DNA of 58,968 bases. Source: Candidatus Omnitrophota bacterium. Its GTDB lineage: Bacteria; Omnitrophota; Gorgyraeia; Duberdicusellales; Duberdicusellaceae. A model generated the notes under the pieces. That model searched no databases and was not told the origin of the DNA. It saw only the letters and a program-made list of their open reading frames with translations. Made by a program: the position numbers and the translations under genes. Numbering within the stretch: the stretch's first letter is position 1; each line of letters opens with the position of its first letter. The stretch lies in contig QNCG01000001.1 in NCBI GenBank assembly GCA_003644445.1, positions 1 to 58,968 of the forward strand, in the 5' to 3' direction. This document shows, piece by piece, positions 45,524 to 55,957 of the stretch.

Positions 45524-47986
45524 ATGGCTAAAGATTTGAATAACACAGGAAGGGTAGAGCAGAGGTATCTGGAAGAGGAGATGAAGGATTCTTACCTTTC
45601 CTATGCTATGAGTGTAATAGTAGGGAGAGCCCTTCCTGATATAAGAGACGGTTTAAAGCCGGTTCAGAGAAGAATTCTTTACACAATGTCTGAACTCAAT
45701 TTAAGGTATAATCAGCCTCACAAGAAGAGCGCCCGAATAGTGGGTGAATGTTTAGGTAAGTATCATCCTCATGGAGACGTAGCAGTGTATGATGCTCTAG
45801 TAAGAATGGCCCAGGATTTTTCCTTAAGATATCCCTTGGTAGATGGCCAGGGTAATTTTGGCTCTCAGGATGGCGACCCCCCAGCAGCTATGCGCTATAC
45901 TGAAGCCAGGCTTTCTAAGATTTCTGATTACTTACTTCAGGATATAGACAAAGATACAGTAGATTTCTTTCCCAATTTTGACAACTCTTTAAAAGAGCCC
46001 AGAATTTTGCCAGCGGTTTTGCCCAACCTTATTTTAAACGGGGCCTCAGGAATTGCTGTGGGTATGGCCACTAATATCCCCCCTCATAACTTGGGAGAAG
46101 TTACCCAGGCTTTAGTCTATCTTATAGAAAAACCCGATTGTTCTATAAAAGAATTAGCCAAAATTATAAAAGGGCCAGATTTCCCCACCGGAGGAATAAT
46201 CTGTGGAAGGTCAGAGATTTTAAAGGCTTATCAAGAAGGTCGGGGAAGACTTACTCTTAGGGCTAAGGCTACTATTGAAGAAGCAAAGTCTAAGCATTTT
46301 ATAGTAATTACGGAATTGCCTTACCAGGTGAACAAATCCAGCCTTTTAGAATCAATAGCCAATCTTATAAACTCCAAGAAGATAGAAGGAGTAAGTGATT
46401 TAAGAGATGAATCTGATAAAGAGGGCTTAAGGATAGTCCTGGAATTAAAGAGAGATACTGAGCCCCGGGTTATCCTCAACCAGCTCTACAAACACACCAC
46501 CTTAGAGACAACTTTTGGGGCAATCTTTTTAGCTTTGGTAAATAACCGGCCTCAGCTTTTAAATTTAAAACAGATTCTCCAGCACCACATTCAGCATCGT
46601 AAAGAAATCATAGTAAGAAGGTCAAACTACGAATTAGAAAAAGCTAAAAGAAGGGCCCATATTTTAGAAGGTTTAAAAATAGCCTTAAAGTTTTTAGACC
46701 GAGTAATAGAAACAATAAAGAAGTCTAAGACCGTTTCTGAAGCTAAGGCCAGCCTCATTAAAAAATTCAAACTTACTGATATTCAAGCTCAGGCAATTTT
46801 AGAACTGCAACTGCAAAGACTCACTGCTTTAGAAAGAGATAAGCTTAATAAAGAGTATTTAGAAACCATTAAGAAAATTGAGGAACTTCAGGGAATTCTT
46901 TCTTCGGAGAAGAAGCAGGAGGCTCTCATAAAAGAAGAATTAAAGGAATTACAGGAGAAGTTTTCTGACTCCCGGAGAACGGAGATTGTAGCTGAGAAAG
47001 AGGAGATTCAAATAGAGGATTTGATAGTAGAAGAAGACGTAGTTATCACCATAACCCACTCTGGTTACATTAAGCGCCAGCCTTTAAGTTCTTATCGCCG
47101 CCAAGCCCGGGGAGGCAGGGGCATAACTGCTATGGCTACTAAAGAAGAAGATTTTGTAGAGCATCTTTTTGTTTCTTCCAGCAAAGACACGCTTCTTATA
47201 TTTTCCACTAAAGGAAAGGCTTATGCTTTAAAGACTTACCAGATACCTCAGGGCTCAAGAACTTCTAAGGGCAGAGCCATAGTTAATATATTGAATCTTA
47301 GTTCTTCCGAGAAGATTACGGCTGTGCTTTCTATCAAAGAATTCCGGGAAGAAAATTTCTTAATTATGGCTACTCAGCAAGGTTTGGTAAAAAGGACTTC
47401 CCTTAATCTATTCTCCAACTTAAGAAAGACCGGGATAATCGCCATAAGTTTAGATAAAGACGATTCTTTAATTTCAGTTTGTTTGAGCGGAAAAGATACT
47501 GACGAAGTTATTTTAAATAGTTGGGGAGGTAAAGCCATACGCTTTCCGGTATCTCAGGTAAGGCCTACGGGAAGAACTTCTAAGGGGATAAGGGCTATAA
47601 AACTTTCTAAGGGAGACCGAGTTTTGGGTATGGTTTTGGTTAATTCTCTTATGAAGAAAGGTAAATTTTTCTTATTTACAGTTACTGAAAAAGGGTTTGC
47701 TAAAAGAACCCCTCTTTCTGAATACCGCTTGCAATCTCGGGCCGGGAAAGGTATAATTGCCAGTAAAGTTTCTCCAAAGACGGGCAAGGTAGTCTCAGCA
47801 ATTTTAGTGGCCGAAGAGGACGAAGTAATAGTTATCTCTCAGAAAGGGGTTTTAATAAGAACGCTGATAAAGAATATAAGAACTTCGGGAAGAGCAACGC
47901 AGGGAGTAAGGATTATAAGGTTAGATAAAGACAATACTGTTTCTTCAGCGGCCCGAATAATAGAAAAAGAGGAAGGTGGCTCTTGA
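45524..47986 (+). CDS. gyrA: DNA gyrase subunit A
   Basis: 820 aa with [12 protein letters not shown], the catalytic AAMRYTE region and a C-terminal beta-pinwheel containing a GyrA-box-like QARGGRG. Confidence 0.97.
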   Translation: MAKDLNNTGRVEQRYLEEEMKDSYLSYAMSVIVGRALPDIRDGLKPVQRRILYTMSELNLRYNQPHKKSARIVGECLGKYHPHGDVAVYDALVRMAQDFSLRYPLVDGQGNFGSQDGDPPAAMRYTEARLSKISDYLLQDIDKDTVDFFPNFDNSLKEPRILPAVLPNLILNGASGIAVGMATNIPPHNLGEVTQALVYLIEKPDCSIKELAKIIKGPDFPTGGIICGRSEILKAYQEGRGRLTLRAKATIEEAKSKHFIVITELPYQVNKSSLLESIANLINSKKIEGVSDLRDESDKEGLRIVLELKRDTEPRVILNQLYKHTTLETTFGAIFLALVNNRPQLLNLKQILQHHIQHRKEIIVRRSNYELEKAKRRAHILEGLKIALKFLDRVIETIKKSKTVSEAKASLIKKFKLTDIQAQAILELQLQRLTALERDKLNKEYLETIKKIEELQGILSSEKKQEALIKEELKELQEKFSDSRRTEIVAEKEEIQIEDLIVEEDVVITITHSGYIKRQPLSSYRRQARGGRGITAMATKEEDFVEHLFVSSSKDTLLIFSTKGKAYALKTYQIPQGSRTSKGRAIVNILNLSSSEKITAVLSIKEFREENFLIMATQQGLVKRTSLNLFSNLRKTGIIAISLDKDDSLISVCLSGKDTDEVILNSWGGKAIRFPVSQVRPTGRTSKGIRAIKLSKGDRVLGMVLVNSLMKKGKFFLFTVTEKGFAKRTPLSEYRLQSRAGKGIIASKVSPKTGKVVSAILVAEEDEVIVISQKGVLIRTLIKNIRTSGRATQGVRIIRLDKDNTVSSAARIIEKEEGGS

Positions 47987-48011
47987 AAATAAGGAAAAAA
48001 TCAGGTATATT
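47983..48011 (+). promoter_or_regulatory. Sigma-70-like promoter overlapping the gyrA stop
   Basis: TTGAAA (47983-47988), a 17 nt spacer and TATATT (48006-48011). This predicts a start about 48018, just upstream of the structured RNA. Confidence 0.4.
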
Positions 48012-48024
48012 TTATAAAGAAAAT

Positions 48025-48190
48025 AATCCCTGCCAGCTACGAGGCAGAACTAAGAGCCTTGAGCCAACACCTTTTTGAGGGAGCCGAACTCTCTCTAAGC
48101 ACCTGCTTAAAGAGGAGGCGCCCACTTGTATGAGGACTGGACTTAAAGGCAGAATTTCTGCCTCGAGCAAAGGCGGGGATTTTTTATTTT
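48025..48190 (+). ncRNA. Candidate structured small RNA, 6S-like rod (about 160-170 nt)
   Basis: The ends pair as AATCCCTGCC (48025-34) with GGCGGGGATT (48172-81), followed by a T run. A second perfect 10 bp helix is CGAGGCAGAA (48040-49) with TTCTGCCTCG (48156-65). Further interrupted helices lead to the apical hairpin TAAGC-ACCT-GCTTA (48096-48109). Confidence 0.4.
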
Positions 48191-48209
48191 AGAAATTTCA
48201 GAAGAAACC

Positions 48210-49529
48210 ATGAATAATTTATTTTCCTCAGAATCTTCTCAATCTGAAGAAAAATTGCCTTTAGCAGTAAGGATGCGGCCTAAGAGTTTGGAGGAATTTG
48301 TGGGCCAAAATCATTTAGTAGGAGAAGGCAAACTTTTAAGAAGAAGTATAGAAGCTGACCGGCTCACTTCTTTAATTTTCTGGGGTCCCCCTGGTTCAGG
48401 TAAGACCAGCTTAGCTGAGATTATCTCTCAGAGGACTAAAGCCAAATTCATTTATTTAAACGGAAATTTTTGCGGGACCCCCGAGATTAAAAAGGAACTT
48501 TCTCAGGCTCATCTACGCAGGAAGAACAACTTTAAAACCCTCTTATTTATTGACGAGATTCATCGCTTAAATAAACTTCAGCAAGATGCTTTAATAGCTG
48601 ATACTGAAACTTCTTCAGTTGTTTTAATCGGAGCCACTACTTACAATCCCTTTTTTTACATAATCCCGGCTTTGGTATCACGTTCTTTGATTTGTGAATT
48701 CAAACCCTTAACTTCTGAAGAAATTATTTTAATTTTGCAGAGAGCCCTCCAGGACAAAGAAAGAGGGTTAGGCCGATTTAAGATAAAGATAGCCCCTCAG
48801 GCTCTTAAGTTTTTAGCTGAGAATTCATCAGGAGATGCTCGCAAGGCCCTTACTGCCTTAGAACTGGGGGTTTTAACTACTCCCCAAGACAGGCGAGGCG
48901 TAATTAATTTTTCCTTAGAAGTAGCCAAGGAGAGTATTCAGTTTAAGCCGGGTTTCTATGATAAAAAAGGAGATTACCACTACGATGTAATTTCTGCTTT
49001 TATAAAGTCGGTAAGAGGCAGTGATGTTGATTCAGCTTTATATTGGTTAGCACGCATGCTCTATTCAGGAGAAGACCCCCGGTTTATTGCCCGCAGGTTG
49101 GTTATTTTAGCTTCCGAAGATATAGGGCTGGCTGACCCTCAGGCTTTGGTTTTAGCTACTTCTGGTTTTAAAGCAGTAGAGGTAGTGGGGATGCCCGAAG
49201 CAAGGATTATTCTTTCTGAAGTTACTATCTACCTTTCTTGTGCACCTAAATCCAACTCTTCTTATCTGGCCATAGAAAGAGCCTATCAGGATATAGGGGA
49301 AGGTTTTTTAGAAGAAGTACCGCCTCACTTAAAAGACAGCCATGCTCCTGCTAAGAGGAAGACCCCTCAGGGTAAAGACTATAAATATCCCCATGATTTT
49401 GGAGGCTACGTAGAACAGAAGTATAGAAAAAGTTCTAAAAAATACTATTTTCCTAAGAAGATCGGCAAAGAAAAAGAAATTTTTGAATCTTGGTCTAAAT
49501 TAAAAAGTAAGAAGATTGAAAATTCCTAA
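48210..49529 (+). CDS. rarA: Replication-associated recombination protein A (RarA/MgsA AAA+ ATPase)
   Basis: 439 aa with Walker A (GPPGSGKTS), DEIHR, and C-terminal MgsA motifs (RGSDVDSALYWLARML, DPRFIARRL). Confidence 0.95.
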   Translation: MNNLFSSESSQSEEKLPLAVRMRPKSLEEFVGQNHLVGEGKLLRRSIEADRLTSLIFWGPPGSGKTSLAEIISQRTKAKFIYLNGNFCGTPEIKKELSQAHLRRKNNFKTLLFIDEIHRLNKLQQDALIADTETSSVVLIGATTYNPFFYIIPALVSRSLICEFKPLTSEEIILILQRALQDKERGLGRFKIKIAPQALKFLAENSSGDARKALTALELGVLTTPQDRRGVINFSLEVAKESIQFKPGFYDKKGDYHYDVISAFIKSVRGSDVDSALYWLARMLYSGEDPRFIARRLVILASEDIGLADPQALVLATSGFKAVEVVGMPEARIILSEVTIYLSCAPKSNSSYLAIERAYQDIGEGFLEEVPPHLKDSHAPAKRKTPQGKDYKYPHDFGGYVEQKYRKSSKKYYFPKKIGKEKEIFESWSKLKSKKIENS

Positions 49530-49533
49530 ACTT

Positions 49534-50130
49534 ATGCTAAAATACCCCTCTAACAGGAAGGCTCCAAAATTAAAAGAACCAATTTGTGAGGAAAAGCAAA
49601 GGCTAAGAAAGAAAATAAAAACTCTTCTTAAGGGGTTATCTAGCGAGGAGAAGCAGAAAAGAAGTAAGCTCATTGAGAAGAGGATAGAAAATTTAGATTG
49701 TTTTAAATTAGCGGAAGTTATTATGTTTTATTGGCCTTTACCTGGAGAACCCGATGTTAAGGGTTTAATAAGGAAGGCAAAAAACTCAGGGAAAGCGGTA
49801 GTTTTACCTTTAATTGAGAAAGATAGCCTCGTTCCTTATAAGTTTACTTCTTCTCAGGAGTTAAGAATGAACTCCTTGGGAGTTTGCCAGCCTCCTAAGA
49901 AGAAAGAACTTAGGCTGGATAGGAGAGAGTTAGACTTGGTAGTGGTACCCGGCCTTGCTTTTGACAAAGAAAATCGTCGCTTAGGAAGAGGCAAAGGCTA
50001 CTATGACCGATTTTTAAAAACCCTGCTCCCTAAAACTCTGAAGATAGGGGTCGCTTTCAGTGAGCAAATTTTTGAACGCCTTCCTTCTTCTCTCCAGGAT
50101 GAAAAAGTAGACTTAGTAGTCTGGGCTTAA
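49534..50130 (+). CDS. 5-formyltetrahydrofolate cyclo-ligase
   Basis: I place the start at the ATG 4 nt after the rarA stop, because the listed TTG start overlaps rarA. An [13 protein letters not shown] motif and a VVPGLAFD motif are present. Confidence 0.85.
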   Translation: MLKYPSNRKAPKLKEPICEEKQRLRKKIKTLLKGLSSEEKQKRSKLIEKRIENLDCFKLAEVIMFYWPLPGEPDVKGLIRKAKNSGKAVVLPLIEKDSLVPYKFTSSQELRMNSLGVCQPPKKKELRLDRRELDLVVVPGLAFDKENRRLGRGKGYYDRFLKTLLPKTLKIGVAFSEQIFERLPSSLQDEKVDLVVWA

Positions 50131-50152
50131 TAACAACCAGAGGAGGAAAACT

Positions 50153-51697
50153 ATGGTAGGAATAATTCTTTTAGGAGGATTGGGTTTCTTTCTGGGGTAT
50201 ATTCTTGCTGATTTTTTAGGTAAAACTGGGCTTAAGAAGAAAAGAGAAGAGGCTAAAAAAGTTATAGAAGAGGCTAAAAAAGAAGCAGAAAACATCAGAA
50301 AAAAAGCAGAGTTAGACTCCAAAGAGCTTCTTTATAAGTTAAGGGTAAATTTTGAAAACGAGACTAAATCCAGGAAGAAAGAATTAGAAGAGTTAGAAAA
50401 AAGGGTTATTCACCGTGAAGAGAATTTAGAGAGAAGAGTGGAATTCCTTCAGAAGAAGGAGCAGGAGATTAATCAACGAGCCCGGGAAATAGAGATTCTC
50501 ACTAAGGATTTGGAGAAGAAGAGCCAGGAGCTTAATGCTATTTTGGCTGAAGAGAAACAAAAACTTCAGAGAATTTCTTCCTTAAGTTTAGAAGAGGCTC
50601 GCCAACTTCTTCTAAAGCGTCTAGAGGAAGACTTGGTTAAAGAGAAGGCCGAACGCCTGAGAAGATTTGAAGAGGAATTAAGGGAGGAGGAGGAAAAGAA
50701 AGCTCGAGAAATTCTTTCTCTGGCTATTCAGAGATGTGCTGTGGACCACACTCAGGAGACCACGGTAAGCGTAGTCAACCTTCCTAACGAAGATATGAAA
50801 GGAAGAATAATCGGCAGAGAAGGAAGAAACATCCGCACTTTTGAAATGCTTACCGGCGTGGATGTAATTATTGATGATACACCTGAAGCAGTTACTCTTT
50901 CGGGATTTGACCCGATAAGAAGAGAGATAGCCAAAAGAACCTTAGAGAAGTTAGTCGCTGATGGGAGAATACATCCTGCTCGGATTGAGGAGACTTTGGA
51001 GAAAGTGAGGAAAGAATTTGAAAAGGAATTGGTTGAAGAAGGTAAGAGAGTAACTTTTGACTTAGATATTCATAACCTTCATCCAGAAATAATAAAGCTT
51101 TTAGGTAAATTAAGATACAGGACGAGTTTTGGTCAGAACGCTCTCCAGCATTCTAAAGAAGTAGCTATTATTATGAGTATAATAGCTTCAGAATTGGGTT
51201 TAGATACTCGTTTAGCTAAGAGGATAGGACTCCTTCACGATATAGGTAAAGGCATAGACCAGCAGGTAGAGGGCACCCATGCTCAATTAGGAGCTCAACT
51301 TTTAAGAAAGTATGGTGAAAATGAGTTAATAGTAAATGCCGCTGAATCTCATCATGAAGAAGTGGAATTTAAATCCATATATTCAGTTTTAGCTTTGGTG
51401 GCTGATGCTATTTCAGCTTCTCGTCCGGGAGCAAGAAGAGAAACTTTAGAGACCTATCTTAAAAGACTCACTACTTTAGAGAACATAGCCAATTCTTTTA
51501 AAGGAGTGGAAAAAAGTTTTGCTATTCAGGCAGGAAGAGAAATCAGAGTGATTGTTAAGCCTTCGGAAGTTAATGAAGAAGGCGTGGTTATTTTAGCCAG
51601 GGAATTGAAGAAGAAGATTGAGGAAGAAATGGAATACCCTGGCCAGATAAAAATTACTGTAATAAGAGAAACAAGAGTGGTAGAATATGCTAAGTAG
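50153..51697 (+). CDS. rny: Ribonuclease Y
   Basis: 514 aa with an N-terminal TM helix, a coiled coil, a KH domain ([12 protein letters not shown]) and an HD domain (LLHDIGK). Confidence 0.95.
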   Translation: MVGIILLGGLGFFLGYILADFLGKTGLKKKREEAKKVIEEAKKEAENIRKKAELDSKELLYKLRVNFENETKSRKKELEELEKRVIHREENLERRVEFLQKKEQEINQRAREIEILTKDLEKKSQELNAILAEEKQKLQRISSLSLEEARQLLLKRLEEDLVKEKAERLRRFEEELREEEEKKAREILSLAIQRCAVDHTQETTVSVVNLPNEDMKGRIIGREGRNIRTFEMLTGVDVIIDDTPEAVTLSGFDPIRREIAKRTLEKLVADGRIHPARIEETLEKVRKEFEKELVEEGKRVTFDLDIHNLHPEIIKLLGKLRYRTSFGQNALQHSKEVAIIMSIIASELGLDTRLAKRIGLLHDIGKGIDQQVEGTHAQLGAQLLRKYGENELIVNAAESHHEEVEFKSIYSVLALVADAISASRPGARRETLETYLKRLTTLENIANSFKGVEKSFAIQAGREIRVIVKPSEVNEEGVVILARELKKKIEEEMEYPGQIKITVIRETRVVEYAK

Positions 51698-51703
51698 TAA
51701 ATT

Positions 51704-52483
51704 ATGAAGATTTTATTTATTGGGGACATTGTAGGAAAACCCGCCCGACTTTATTTAAAAGAGTTTTTGCCCTCCTTAATAGAGAGAGAAAAATTTGACT
51801 GGGTAATAGCTAACGGAGAAAATTCTGCTGGAGGTTCAGGGTTAACTGAAAAAGTAGCTAAAGAGCTATTTTCTTGTGGTATAGATATATTAACTACTGG
51901 AGACCACGCCTTTAAAAAGAAAGAGATTTTAAATATCTTAGATACCCTAAGTATACTGAGGCCCTTAAATTACGGAGATTTAGCTAAGGGGAGGGGCTTT
52001 ATTATAAAAGAAAAAGACTCAAAAAAGATAGCGGTAGTAAACTTATTAGGAAGGGTTTTTATGCAGCCAGTAGATTGCCCTTTTAAAAGCATTTCTAAGA
52101 TTTTAGAGGAAGTTTTAACTCAAACTAAGGTAGTAATTGTAGATGTCCATGCTGAGGCAACTTCGGAGAAGTTAGCTCTGGGGTATTTTTTAGCCCAGAA
52201 AGTTTCGGCGGTTATTGGTACGCACACCCACATCCCTACTGCTGATGAGAGAATTTTGGAAGGGTTTACTGGATATATTACCGATGTAGGAATGACTGGG
52301 CCTTTTGATTCTATCTTAGGAAGGAGAAAAGAAGATATAATCCAGAGATTTTTAACTAATGTACCGACCAGGTTTTACTTAGCTGACAGAGATGTAAGGA
52401 TTCAGGCAGTTATATTAGAGATAGAAGATGTTAGTGGAAAGTGTTTCTCAATAAAGAGAGTAGAATATAAAAAACCGGATTAA
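51704..52483 (+). CDS. ymdB: YmdB-like metallophosphoesterase (TIGR00282 family)
   Basis: 259 aa starting MKILFIGDIVGKP, with GENSAGG and GTHTHIPTADERIL. It is in the conserved position after rny. Confidence 0.9.
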   Translation: MKILFIGDIVGKPARLYLKEFLPSLIEREKFDWVIANGENSAGGSGLTEKVAKELFSCGIDILTTGDHAFKKKEILNILDTLSILRPLNYGDLAKGRGFIIKEKDSKKIAVVNLLGRVFMQPVDCPFKSISKILEEVLTQTKVVIVDVHAEATSEKLALGYFLAQKVSAVIGTHTHIPTADERILEGFTGYITDVGMTGPFDSILGRRKEDIIQRFLTNVPTRFYLADRDVRIQAVILEIEDVSGKCFSIKRVEYKKPD

Positions 52484-52495
52484 GAAAGGGGGAAG

Positions 52496-52837
52496 ATGGA
52501 AGAAAGGAGAAGGTTTCCTCGTTTAAACTACCCCTGCAAATTGATTCTGGAAGAGGGAGATGAAACTTATTCTATCCACACCGAGAATTTAAGTGCTGGC
52601 GGTTTAAGAGTCATCTTAGATGAGAAGTTAGCTATAAATACACCCTTGAGGATAGAATTGGAGTTGGGCTGGAAAGATATAAAGTGTAAAGGGAGAGTAG
52701 TTTGGGCAACAGACATTAAGTCTCTCCGAACAGAAAAAACTAATCTTTTTGATACGGGCATAGAGTTTACTCAGATAGAACCTCAAGACAGAAAGACCTT
52801 AAGAGAGTTAATAGAGAGAATTTTAAAAAGCAGTTAA
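52496..52837 (+). CDS. Stand-alone PilZ domain protein
   Basis: 113 aa with RRRFPR (RxxxR) and NLSAGG (D/NxSxxG), the c-di-GMP binding motifs. Confidence 0.8.
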   Translation: MEERRRFPRLNYPCKLILEEGDETYSIHTENLSAGGLRVILDEKLAINTPLRIELELGWKDIKCKGRVVWATDIKSLRTEKTNLFDTGIEFTQIEPQDRKTLRELIERILKSS

Positions 52838-52841
52838 TTTT

Positions 52842-54710
52842 ATGCGAGAATTAACTCCTCAGCAGATTAAGAAGCTTAAAATAAGTGAACTTAAGGAATT
52901 AGTCAGCCGGATAAGAGAGTATATAATTAAAGTAGTTTCCCAAAAAGGAGGTCATCTGGCTTCTTCTTTAGGAGCAGTAGAGCTCTGCTTGGCTTTACAC
53001 TATGTTTTAGATACTCCTCAAGATAAGATAGTCTTTGATGTAGGCCATCAAGCTTATGCTCATAAGATAATTACTGGAAGAGCTGAGGTTTTTAAGGATT
53101 TAAGAAGTTGGGGAGGTGTCTCAGGCTTTCCTTATCACAAGGAATCAGAATACGATGAGTTTTCCGTAGGCCACGCTTCTAATGCAGTTTCTTTAGCCTT
53201 AGGCTTAGCTGCAGCTAAGAGATTGAAAAAAGAAGATTTTAAGGTAGTGGCAGTTATTGGGGACGGGAGTTTAACCGGTGGAGAATGCTTTGAGGCTTTA
53301 AATAACGCCGGGCACTTAAAAGAAGATATTTTAGTAGTATTTAATCATAACGAGATGTCTATTTCAACTTCAGTGGGTGCGGTAAGTAATTATCTGAATA
53401 AGTTAATCTCTTTACCTATATATAATAGATTTAAAGAAGGGATAACTTTAATCTTAAAGAAGGTGCCCCACTTGGGAAAGAGGGTTTTACCCCGGATTAA
53501 GAAGATAGAGGAGATAATGAAGGGGTTAATTATCCCGGGGATTTTTTTTGAGGAGCTGGGTTTTAGATACTTTGGCCCTTTAGATGGCCACAATTTAGAA
53601 GGTTTAATTTCTACTTTAAAAAATGTTATAAACTTACCCGGCCCTAAAATTCTCCATGTAGTCACTAAAAAAGGGAAGGGATATTTACCTGCTGAAGAGA
53701 ACCCTGAAGATTTCCACAGCCCAAAACCTTTTGCAATTTCTGGAGAGTTCAAAAAAAAGGGAGAAACTACTTATACTGATGTATTTAGCAAGGCCTTAAT
53801 AGAATTAGCTCAAAAAGATAAAAGAATAGTGGCTTTAACTGCAGCTATGTCTAAAGGTACGGGGCTTTTTAGGTTTAAAGAGGTTTTCCCGGAAAGATTC
53901 TTTGACGTAGGGATTGCTGAACAGCATTTAGTAAGTTTCTCGGCAGGTTTGGCTAAGAGGGGGCTTAAACCAGTGGTAGCGGTTTACTCTACTTTTTTAC
54001 AGAGAGCTTACGACCAAATTATTGAAGATATAGCCTTGCAGGAGGTAGGAGTAGTTTTAGCCATAGATAGAGCAGGGTTGGTAGGAGAAGATGGTCCTAC
54101 TCACCATGGAGTCTTTGATATAGCTTATTTAAGGAGTGTCCCCAATTTGATAGTAATTTCTCCTGCTTACAAAAAAGATTTAGAGTCAGCCTTAAAATTT
54201 AGTTTAAAGCTTAATACGCCAGCAGCTATCAGATACCCTAAGGAGGAGATTTTAGATATTGAGAATAAAGAAGATTTTAGCTTGGGGAAGTTTGAGGTCT
54301 TGGAAGAAGGAGAAGATTTAGCCATTTTAGCTTTGGGCTCAACTCTTAAACAAGTTTTACTGGTTAAAGAAGAACTTAATAGAAAGGGGGTTTATCCTTT
54401 TATTGTAAACCCCCGGTTTATTAAACCTCTGGATGAGGAGTGCCTTATTCAAATAGCTAAGAAGTGTTCTTTGGTTTTTGTTTTAGAAGAAGGAGTTTGT
54501 TCAGGTGGTTTTGGAGAAGCAATCTTAGAATTTTATCGCCAGAAAGATATTCTGAGAAATATAAAGATAGAAAGAGTCTGTCTTCCTACAGAATTTATTA
54601 CTTTTGGCAAGAGAACCCAGCTTTTGGAACTTACTGGCTTAGACTCAAAAAGTATTTTAGAGAAAGTAATTAGAGCATATGAAAAAAATAAAGCCTGTTC
54701 AAAAATTTAA
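52842..54710 (+). CDS. dxs: 1-deoxy-D-xylulose-5-phosphate synthase
   Basis: 622 aa with GGHLASSLG, a GDGS TPP motif (GDGSLTGG), GIAEQH and EDGPTHHG. Confidence 0.95.
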   Translation: MRELTPQQIKKLKISELKELVSRIREYIIKVVSQKGGHLASSLGAVELCLALHYVLDTPQDKIVFDVGHQAYAHKIITGRAEVFKDLRSWGGVSGFPYHKESEYDEFSVGHASNAVSLALGLAAAKRLKKEDFKVVAVIGDGSLTGGECFEALNNAGHLKEDILVVFNHNEMSISTSVGAVSNYLNKLISLPIYNRFKEGITLILKKVPHLGKRVLPRIKKIEEIMKGLIIPGIFFEELGFRYFGPLDGHNLEGLISTLKNVINLPGPKILHVVTKKGKGYLPAEENPEDFHSPKPFAISGEFKKKGETTYTDVFSKALIELAQKDKRIVALTAAMSKGTGLFRFKEVFPERFFDVGIAEQHLVSFSAGLAKRGLKPVVAVYSTFLQRAYDQIIEDIALQEVGVVLAIDRAGLVGEDGPTHHGVFDIAYLRSVPNLIVISPAYKKDLESALKFSLKLNTPAAIRYPKEEILDIENKEDFSLGKFEVLEEGEDLAILALGSTLKQVLLVKEELNRKGVYPFIVNPRFIKPLDEECLIQIAKKCSLVFVLEEGVCSGGFGEAILEFYRQKDILRNIKIERVCLPTEFITFGKRTQLLELTGLDSKSILEKVIRAYEKNKACSKI

Positions 54711-54906
54711 ACTAAATAGAAACCTGTGTAAAGGCTGTGGGTTGTGTATAGAGGTCTGCCCAGTAAAAAACTTGGAATTTTCCTCAGAGTTAAATCAGCG
54801 GGGGGTTAAATACGCTAAAATTAAAGATATTGAGAAGTGTAAAGGCTGTGGATTTTGTTTTTTAGTCTGTCCGGATGTTTGTATAGAGATTTCTTATGAG
54901 AAGTAA
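54679..54906 (+). CDS. 2-oxoacid:ferredoxin oxidoreductase delta subunit (2x[4Fe-4S] ferredoxin)
   Basis: 75 aa with two CxxCxxCxxxCP motifs (CKGCGLCIEVCP, CKGCGFCFLVCP). Confidence 0.8.
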   Translation: MKKIKPVQKFKLNRNLCKGCGLCIEVCPVKNLEFSSELNQRGVKYAKIKDIEKCKGCGFCFLVCPDVCIEISYEK

Positions 54907-55957
54907 GAGAACCCTCATTACTGGCAACGAAGCTATCGGCGAAGGAGCAATAAAAGCCGGTTGTTTCTTTTACGCTGGTTATCCTATTACCCCTCAAAAT
55001 GAACTTACCGCTTTTATGGCTAAGAGAATGGCTGAAGAAAAAAGAGTATTTATTCAAGCTGAGTCAGAAATCTCAGCTATAAATATGGTTTTTGGAGCTT
55101 CAGCTAGCGGGGTAAGGGCTATGACTTCCTCTTCTTCTCCGGGCATTTCTTTAAAACAAGAAGGTATATCTTATTTAGCAGGCTGTGAGCTTCCGGCAGT
55201 AATAGTTAATGTCCAGAGAGGAGGGCCGGGTTTGGGGAATATCGCTCCTTCCCAGTCTGACTATTTTCAGGCTACCAGAGGGGGTGGACACGGTGATTAT
55301 CACCAGATAGTTTTAGCTCCCGGTTCTGTTCAAGAGTGTTTTGATTTTATGTTTTTAGCCTTTAACTTAGCTGATAAATATAGAAACCCGGTTATGGTTT
55401 TGTTAGATGCTTTTTTGGGCCAGATGGCTGAGGCTATAGAAATTCCAAATTCCAAAATCCAAATTCCAAATTATAAGAAGGACTGGGCTTTAACCGGAGC
55501 TAAAGGAAGAGCACCTAATATAATAAGGTCACTTTTTTTAGAAGAAGGAGCTTTGGAAAAACACAATTTAAGGCTGCAAAAAAAATATAAAAAGATAAAA
55601 GATAGTGAACAGCTTTTTGAAATCGGAAACAAAAGTAATTCAGAAATTGTTTTTGTGGCTTACGGAATTTCCTACCGGATAGCTAAGGAGGTAAGTCTTC
55701 TTTTACAAGGAAAAGGATTAAAGGTAGCCTTGTTCAGGCCAATTACTCTTTGGCCCTTTCCTTATCAGGCTTTAAGAGATTTAGCCAAAGATAAACGGGC
55801 AGTCTTTGTTTTTGAGCTTTCTTGCGGCCAGATGGTAGAAGATGTAAGATTAGCTTTGGGAGAGAGGCTTCCTGTATATTTTTACGGCCGAGCAGGAGGA
55901 GGAGTATTTACTGAAAAAGAACTTTTGAATTTTGTGGAGGAAAAATTAAATGCCTGA
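54896..55957 (+). CDS. 2-oxoacid:ferredoxin oxidoreductase alpha subunit
   Basis: 353 aa. It starts with LITGNEAIGEGAIKAGC..YAGYPITP, typical of the KorA/PorA family. Confidence 0.9.
   Translation: MRSKRTLITGNEAIGEGAIKAGCFFYAGYPITPQNELTAFMAKRMAEEKRVFIQAESEISAINMVFGASASGVRAMTSSSSPGISLKQEGISYLAGCELPAVIVNVQRGGPGLGNIAPSQSDYFQATRGGGHGDYHQIVLAPGSVQECFDFMFLAFNLADKYRNPVMVLLDAFLGQMAEAIEIPNSKIQIPNYKKDWALTGAKGRAPNIIRSLFLEEGALEKHNLRLQKKYKKIKDSEQLFEIGNKSNSEIVFVAYGISYRIAKEVSLLLQGKGLKVALFRPITLWPFPYQALRDLAKDKRAVFVFELSCGQMVEDVRLALGERLPVYFYGRAGGGVFTEKELLNFVEEKLNA
55440..55472. repeat. Heptanucleotide tandem repeat (AAATTCC-like, about 4.7 copies) inside the alpha-subunit CDS
   Basis: The sequence reads AAATTCC AAATTCC AAAATCC AAATTCC AAATT. 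The unit length is not a multiple of three. Confidence 0.85.

Noticed and set aside
48025-48190. An SRP (4.5S) RNA interpretation of the structured RNA.
   Set aside because: The apical loop is ACCU rather than a GNRA tetraloop. The conserved domain IV AGCA/GGAA internal-loop signature is absent.
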